A stretch of DNA of 56,390 nt, from the NCBI GenBank assembly GCA_016187515.1, contig JACPJN010000005.1:1-56390 (forward strand), in the 5' to 3' direction. Numbering within the stretch: the stretch's first letter is position 1; every line of letters begins with the position of its first letter. Source of the DNA: Candidatus Uhrbacteria bacterium. GTDB lineage: Bacteria; Patescibacteriota; Patescibacteriia; GWA2-47-26. Positions 51,314 to 56,390 of the stretch are shown here, in pieces. The notes beneath the pieces were generated by a model that worked only from the letters and a program-made list of their open reading frames with translations, searched no databases and was not told the origin of the DNA. The position numbers and the translations under genes were made by a program.

Positions 51314-53182
51314 ATGCCAGAACGCATTCCCCACAATAGCGAAGCACTCAAAGCGCGATTTCCCGAGGTTTATCAGGAGTTTTTTTCAAAATGCGCGTTG
51401 GTGTGTTCCGCGCCGCGGGCGGTAACCTGGGTGGGGGAACACACGGTTCGCTACGGCGGGCTGACCATGCGACAGTCGCTCCCGATGCGCACCTATGTTG
51501 GCATTACTCCGGTGAAGACCCCGCGCATAAAAGTGGTCAGTCATACAACTTACGATCCGCTCGTTGACGGCTTTCGTAACGATACGCTTCCACGGGAGGA
51601 GTACATTGACCCGCTAGAACATCACCTACTCACATTTTTGAAAGATGTGGGCGGATATAAATTTGATTCTGGATTTGACATTCATATCCTTACTGGACTG
51701 CCTTTTGAGCGAGCGATCGGCGCGGCTGGATCATTTTTGGCAGCGTTATTTAGCGCGCTTCTTTTGCATAATAAAGTTTTATCCGTAAAACATATTAAAC
51801 TTTGGGCGGATCGCACTGTCGCGGATCTTCAAAAAGATAAAGAATTAATGTTTGACGGAGTTTTACGGTTGATTTGGAAATGGGAAGGAATAATTTTTGA
51901 TAACCCAAGCGCCGCAAATCCGTTTTCCGCGTTGCTCCCTTCTCCAACCCCGATTATTTTTGCTGCCAAGCGTCCGCCAATGACAGAAACACTACAGGGT
52001 TTCCTGCCGGTTGAGCGCTTGGCGACCGGCATCACTTGGGTGGACAGCGCGCGCTGGTGGGGCGCGCGCACCAGCGAAGTATTCGGGAAACACGTTGGGT
52101 GGCCGCTACCTTTTGATTGGGGTGTAATTTCGGCTTCCGGGACCTGGCTACTGCGGGATGCGGTATTTTCAACCGCGAAGTTGAATAGCGAGCTTTTGCA
52201 TGCTACTCGCTTCGCAAAAAATATTTGCGATACTATTTTTAAAAATCTTACGCCGGAAGATTTACCCGATTTTTTAAGTCTTTGTCAGCAAGGGAATCAG
52301 CCGCAACTATGGCAAGAGTACATTAAGCCGCTTCATTTATTGTCCTTTCAAGCGTTTATGCGCTTTAAAAAAATCATTGAAAGCGGCCCTGCGCTTCCAG
52401 AAGCGCAGGCGTTATTTGAGGTACTGTATAAAGCACATTCCATGCTTTATATTTTGGGTTTTTCTTCACCGAGAGTTGAACAAATGGTTTACTGGCTTCG
52501 CACATTAGTTCACGAAAAAAGCGGTGGCGTGCAGATCGGAATTAAGTTAAACTCAACTTCCCAGCGAGGTAATCTGCTTTTCGCGATGCAGGCCTCGGTA
52601 GTGCGCGCATGGATGCCGGAGATTATTGCGGAGCTGCGCGCGAAAATTGACGATAAAATTACGCTTGACTACGCGTCCTGGATTGATGGCTATGATGAAG
52701 AAGGGGGAGTAAAGATTGAGCAGTGGCTTGAGGAAGGGATACACTCGCCGCTTTTAGCTTCTGATGCGGTGCGGGTTATCCTCTGGAATAAGAAAGGAGA
52801 ACAAAGGATCGAAACCTCCGCGCGGGAGGAGGTCTTGAAAAAGAAACACGATCTGCTTTTTGACTGCATTGTGCATCATGTGCGCGTGGCCGGCAAAGAA
52901 TGCACTTCCAAAGAGTTGCCTTCCCAAAAAGCCACGGTGGCCATTATGGACGCGCTTTTGAGCGCCGAAGGTCATCGCCTGCACAATCGCGCGCTTCCGG
53001 AATCCGGATATACCAAGTATCGCAATGAATTTCAAGGTAAGATTACCGGTCCGCTTGTGGCGCTTATTAAAAAACGCTTGAAAAAAGACCTCGCGCTCAA
53101 AGTCGAAGGCACGCTTACCGATTTTACCGTCTCCCTTGACCCGAAAGGATTTGATATTGCGGTGGTGAAGAAGTTGGGGTAG
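51314..53182 (+). CDS. GHMP-kinase-like protein with a C-terminal OmpR-like winged helix, paralog 1
   Basis: SAPRAVTWVGEHTVRYGG resembles mevalonate/galactokinase motif I; LPFERAIGAAGS is a degenerate PxGxGLGSS. Confidence 0.65.
   Translation: MPERIPHNSEALKARFPEVYQEFFSKCALVCSAPRAVTWVGEHTVRYGGLTMRQSLPMRTYVGITPVKTPRIKVVSHTTYDPLVDGFRNDTLPREEYIDPLEHHLLTFLKDVGGYKFDSGFDIHILTGLPFERAIGAAGSFLAALFSALLLHNKVLSVKHIKLWADRTVADLQKDKELMFDGVLRLIWKWEGIIFDNPSAANPFSALLPSPTPIIFAAKRPPMTETLQGFLPVERLATGITWVDSARWWGARTSEVFGKHVGWPLPFDWGVISASGTWLLRDAVFSTAKLNSELLHATRFAKNICDTIFKNLTPEDLPDFLSLCQQGNQPQLWQEYIKPLHLLSFQAFMRFKKIIESGPALPEAQALFEVLYKAHSMLYILGFSSPRVEQMVYWLRTLVHEKSGGVQIGIKLNSTSQRGNLLFAMQASVVRAWMPEIIAELRAKIDDKITLDYASWIDGYDEEGGVKIEQWLEEGIHSPLLASDAVRVILWNKKGEQRIETSAREEVLKKKHDLLFDCIVHHVRVAGKECTSKELPSQKATVAIMDALLSAEGHRLHNRALPESGYTKYRNEFQGKITGPLVALIKKRLKKDLALKVEGTLTDFTVSLDPKGFDIAVVKKLG
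52886..53182 (+). repeat. 297-bp coding repeat (partner at 55913..56209)
   Basis: 94 of 98 aa identical, with many synonymous differences. Confidence 0.95.
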
Positions 53183-53191
53183 ATTTGATTT

Positions 53192-54334
53192 ATGAAACTG
53201 GGTAGTTGTAAAGCAATATTTTTTGACATGAACGGCCTTTTGGTTAATAGTGAAGACTTATTGCCAAGGGCTGGGAAAGCTTTTTTTAGTGCGCATGGCG
53301 TGCGTTGGCATGATAGGTATCAGCAAGAGATTAAAGGAATGGCCGTTCAAGAATATGCGGTGATATGGAAGGTACGATTTGGCTTCCACGAGAGTATTTC
53401 GTATATTGTAAAGGAATTAAAGAGATTGGAGGAACAATTAGTGTATCGCAGTGGTCAGTTGAAATTGCTTCCCGGTGTGATAGATTTTCTTGACTGGGTT
53501 GCTGTACAGCCACTTCGGTGCGGTTTGGTGACTACAAGTTGGCGTGACGTTGCAGTGTTTGTTCTTCGGCGTTTTCATATTAGGCGTTATTTTGATGTTC
53601 TTGTAACATTAGAGGATCTCAACGGTGCTCATTCGAAACCGGCTCCTGATTCTTATCTTATAGCGGCTAACAAGCTGAAAATATCGCCCAAAGAGTGTGT
53701 AGTATTCGAAGATTCAGTGACTGGTGCGCGTGCGGCGAAAAGAGCTGGCATGGCATGTGTGGTGGTGAATAGTACCGCATCGCGACGAAAGTACCCCAAT
53801 GTAGGATTATTTGTTAGATCATTTAAGGACGCACGGGTATTTGATTTTGCGAGAAAGCAGCGTCAAGCTGCCGCGCTCTATTTGGGTCGGTTCCAACCAT
53901 TTCATCGCGGGCATCTTTGGTGTATCAAAAAAATTCTGGAGAATAATCAGAAATTGATTATCGGTCTGTTTAATGACCCATCAGACCATAGGAATATTTT
54001 TACTCTTTCCGAACGCCAAAAAATTATTACCACTGCTCTTCGCGCCGCGGGCATTGACCCCCAGCGATGGCGGTTTGTTGTGGTGGACCGAAGCAAAGCA
54101 GGATGGGCAACGCACTTGCACGAACAATACCCATTTGGTACGCTCTATGCGGGCAACCCTAATCTCAAGAAGCCTTTTCGCAATGTTTCTTGTGTTATTC
54201 GTCATCTTCCACGCAAAGCGAATGCATTTTCCGCTACTGAAATTAGAAAACGATCCAAGCGCGGAGAATCAATTAGTACCCTCGTCGTACCCGGGACGGT
54301 ATCTATGATTAATGCATTGTTTAAAGAAAAATAG
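53192..54334 (+). CDS. HAD-family phosphatase fused to an HxGH nucleotidyltransferase (NMNAT-like)
   Basis: FFDMNGLL, KPAPD and FEDS..G..AA; then GRFQPFHRGH and SATEIR. Confidence 0.88.
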   Translation: MKLGSCKAIFFDMNGLLVNSEDLLPRAGKAFFSAHGVRWHDRYQQEIKGMAVQEYAVIWKVRFGFHESISYIVKELKRLEEQLVYRSGQLKLLPGVIDFLDWVAVQPLRCGLVTTSWRDVAVFVLRRFHIRRYFDVLVTLEDLNGAHSKPAPDSYLIAANKLKISPKECVVFEDSVTGARAAKRAGMACVVVNSTASRRKYPNVGLFVRSFKDARVFDFARKQRQAAALYLGRFQPFHRGHLWCIKKILENNQKLIIGLFNDPSDHRNIFTLSERQKIITTALRAAGIDPQRWRFVVVDRSKAGWATHLHEQYPFGTLYAGNPNLKKPFRNVSCVIRHLPRKANAFSATEIRKRSKRGESISTLVVPGTVSMINALFKEK

Positions 54335-54337
54335 AGT

Positions 54338-56209
54338 ATGGACACTTTTGATCGTCGGGAAAATACCGAGGCGTTGCAGGAACGATTTCCGGAGGTGTAT
54401 AAGAAATTTTTTGCAGAAAACGATGTAGTTGTTTCAAGTAGCGTGCATTTTACGCACACCTCAGCGCAAAGTTATCGTATTGGAGGATTGGATATTTTTC
54501 AGAAACTACCGTTCAGGGGATATGTGGGGGTTAAAAAAGATGGAGGGGTGGGACGGCTTCGAATGGGAGACATAGAAGTGTATTTTAGTGACAAAAAATA
54601 CTTCTCATCAGAAGGACACGATCTTCATTTTCGGGACAAGGGTTTCGAATTTCTACAGGAATACTTGGTGAAGGCTCTTGGGAGGAAGGATTTTTCGAGT
54701 GTGAGCTTTAATTTATTGCTCGAGCAACCCGAGAACATTGGTTTTGATACCTCAATTGCTACTCTCATTATGGCGGGTGTGCAACTGTATTATAGCCTGT
54801 TGTTGCCCGAAAATCTTAGGGCGATGACTTTATTGAAGAGTAAGGCAGTGTTAGATAGGAACGGAGATATCGTACAAAAGTATCTGCGTCTCCATGCAGA
54901 TACTTTGAAGTTGATAACCCAATTCGTTCGTCCGACTGCGTCTGGCGGTACTATTTATGCGAATATCATGGATTCCGAGGATCCTCTCGTTTATTTTACC
55001 GAGGATCGACGAGGGAGCGATTTAGATCAGGTTGAGGGGTTTTTCCCCGCTGAGGTATTTGAGAGGGTGGGTTTGTTCGATGATTTTCGATGGTTTGGTT
55101 TTCGATTAGGTGATGTTGTCCGATTGAGCAATCAATTTCCACTTGATGTAGTGAGTATTTTCCCCGGGGTTGGTAAGGGCGAAATACTTGAGATGTATGA
55201 GTCCGTCCATCGTACCATCGGGGAACACTTCGAAGAGTTGCAGACATTTATGGGCAGTGTTTTTTCAGTGGGAACAACTGATTGGAGCCTTGGGCGTCAA
55301 CCTCCTTTTTACAAAGATATCTCGGAAGCAAAAAGTTATTGGTATAAATTTGCGACAGGACAAATGTTTTCGGCATTATTTATATTTAAGCGGCTCTTAG
55401 AATTATATAAGCATAAGTCTTCTTCTTCGGCATTCCAGAATTTTATAGATGCGCTACAAGCGCAGAACACAATCAACGAGCCCTTTGAGGAAACGCCTTC
55501 TTCAAATATGTTGTATATTGTGCGTAGAATTTATCAGAAGGCAGAGGAGGTAGGAGTGCCGGTAGGCGTACGGTTGCTCTCTACAGGTAAACAGGATGCC
55601 AGCATTTTGGTATTTAGTCAGATCCCCAAATTTAGAGAAGAAATAAAGGAATTGGTAGATGAGCTTATTCACCATCACGACAAGCGCATCCATATCAACT
55701 TCGCTTCCTGGCGCGATGGGTGGGGAAAGGACGGATTGCGGGTGGAGCAATTTATTTCCAAAGGCATCTACTCAAAGTTTATCGAGCAGGGCGCAATGCG
55801 CTTGGTGCATTGGACTCGAAAAGGGGAAGTCAACGCGAGTGTGGTAAAGAATGGTGCACTAAAGAGCGCAGGGCGCGATCTGCTGATTGATCTGGTACAC
55901 GAGAAAATTCAAGTGGCCGGAAAAGAATGCACTTCCAAAGAACTGCCTTCCCAGAAAGCCACTGTAAAAATCATGGACGCGCTCCTTACTGCTGAAGGTC
56001 ATCGTTTGCATAATCGCGCGCTTCCGGAATCAGGATATACCAAATATCGCAACGAATTTCAAGGCAAAATTACCGGTCCGCTTGTGGCGCTGGTCAAAAA
56101 ACGCCTTAAAAAGGATTTAGATCTCAAAGTTGAAGGTACGCTTACCGATTTTACCGTCTCGCTTGATCCGAAAGGATTTGATATTGCGGTGGTGAAGAAG
56201 TTGGGGTAG
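54338..56209 (+). CDS. GHMP-kinase-like protein with a C-terminal OmpR-like winged helix, paralog 2
   Basis: Shares EAL..RFPEVY..FF, ASW.DG and the last 98 aa with paralog 1. Confidence 0.6.
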   Translation: MDTFDRRENTEALQERFPEVYKKFFAENDVVVSSSVHFTHTSAQSYRIGGLDIFQKLPFRGYVGVKKDGGVGRLRMGDIEVYFSDKKYFSSEGHDLHFRDKGFEFLQEYLVKALGRKDFSSVSFNLLLEQPENIGFDTSIATLIMAGVQLYYSLLLPENLRAMTLLKSKAVLDRNGDIVQKYLRLHADTLKLITQFVRPTASGGTIYANIMDSEDPLVYFTEDRRGSDLDQVEGFFPAEVFERVGLFDDFRWFGFRLGDVVRLSNQFPLDVVSIFPGVGKGEILEMYESVHRTIGEHFEELQTFMGSVFSVGTTDWSLGRQPPFYKDISEAKSYWYKFATGQMFSALFIFKRLLELYKHKSSSSAFQNFIDALQAQNTINEPFEETPSSNMLYIVRRIYQKAEEVGVPVGVRLLSTGKQDASILVFSQIPKFREEIKELVDELIHHHDKRIHINFASWRDGWGKDGLRVEQFISKGIYSKFIEQGAMRLVHWTRKGEVNASVVKNGALKSAGRDLLIDLVHEKIQVAGKECTSKELPSQKATVKIMDALLTAEGHRLHNRALPESGYTKYRNEFQGKITGPLVALVKKRLKKDLDLKVEGTLTDFTVSLDPKGFDIAVVKKLG

Positions 56210-56390
56210 GCAAGGTTTTTTAAATTTGACATGTATGTGATGGTATGGTATGTAGGATTTAGTCGCGTTGTTCACAGTTTTTGCGGATAAAAGTAATTAA
56301 TTAGTTGTTCCATGGGGGTAAGATTGTTGATGCCTTTGTGCGGTTTAACGGTATTGTAGTAGTTCACGAATCGGATAAGTTCTTGTTTCC

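Noticed and set aside
1-56390. Alternative genetic code (TGA=Gly) as in some CPR lineages
   Set aside because: Core genes such as pgk, gpmI, glyQS and pilB end in TGA at the expected lengths and have no internal TGA.

Overview
A 56.4-kb chromosomal window from a bacterium, most likely Patescibacteria/CPR. That is an inference from the alpha2-type GlyRS, SD-less core genes, the type IV pilus operon and the PaaX-like and DUF5654-like genes; TGA is used as stop (code 11). The core scaffold is ndh, pgk, eno, gpmI, mutM, holB, frr, glyQS, tpiA, tRNA-Thr/Tyr/Thr, rpmG, pyrG, rnpB, rnc and a ten-gene type IV pilus operon. Four unusual things are layered on it. (1) Several families of short palindromic and 7-12-mer bipartite repeats are inserted in frame in housekeeping proteins, in RNase P RNA and in two broken tRNA copies. 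(2) A PaaX/Cas2-like gene is bracketed by 45-bp inverted repeats. (3) An rnc / extended sigma-70 / DnaA_C-sigma4 / twin SF2 helicase cluster carries repeated HTH-like modules. (4) Two GHMP-kinase-like proteins share a nearly identical OmpR-like winged-helix C-terminus and flank a HAD-nucleotidyltransferase fusion, a candidate undescribed sensor-regulator system. All family calls come from motif recognition by eye; no database search was run.
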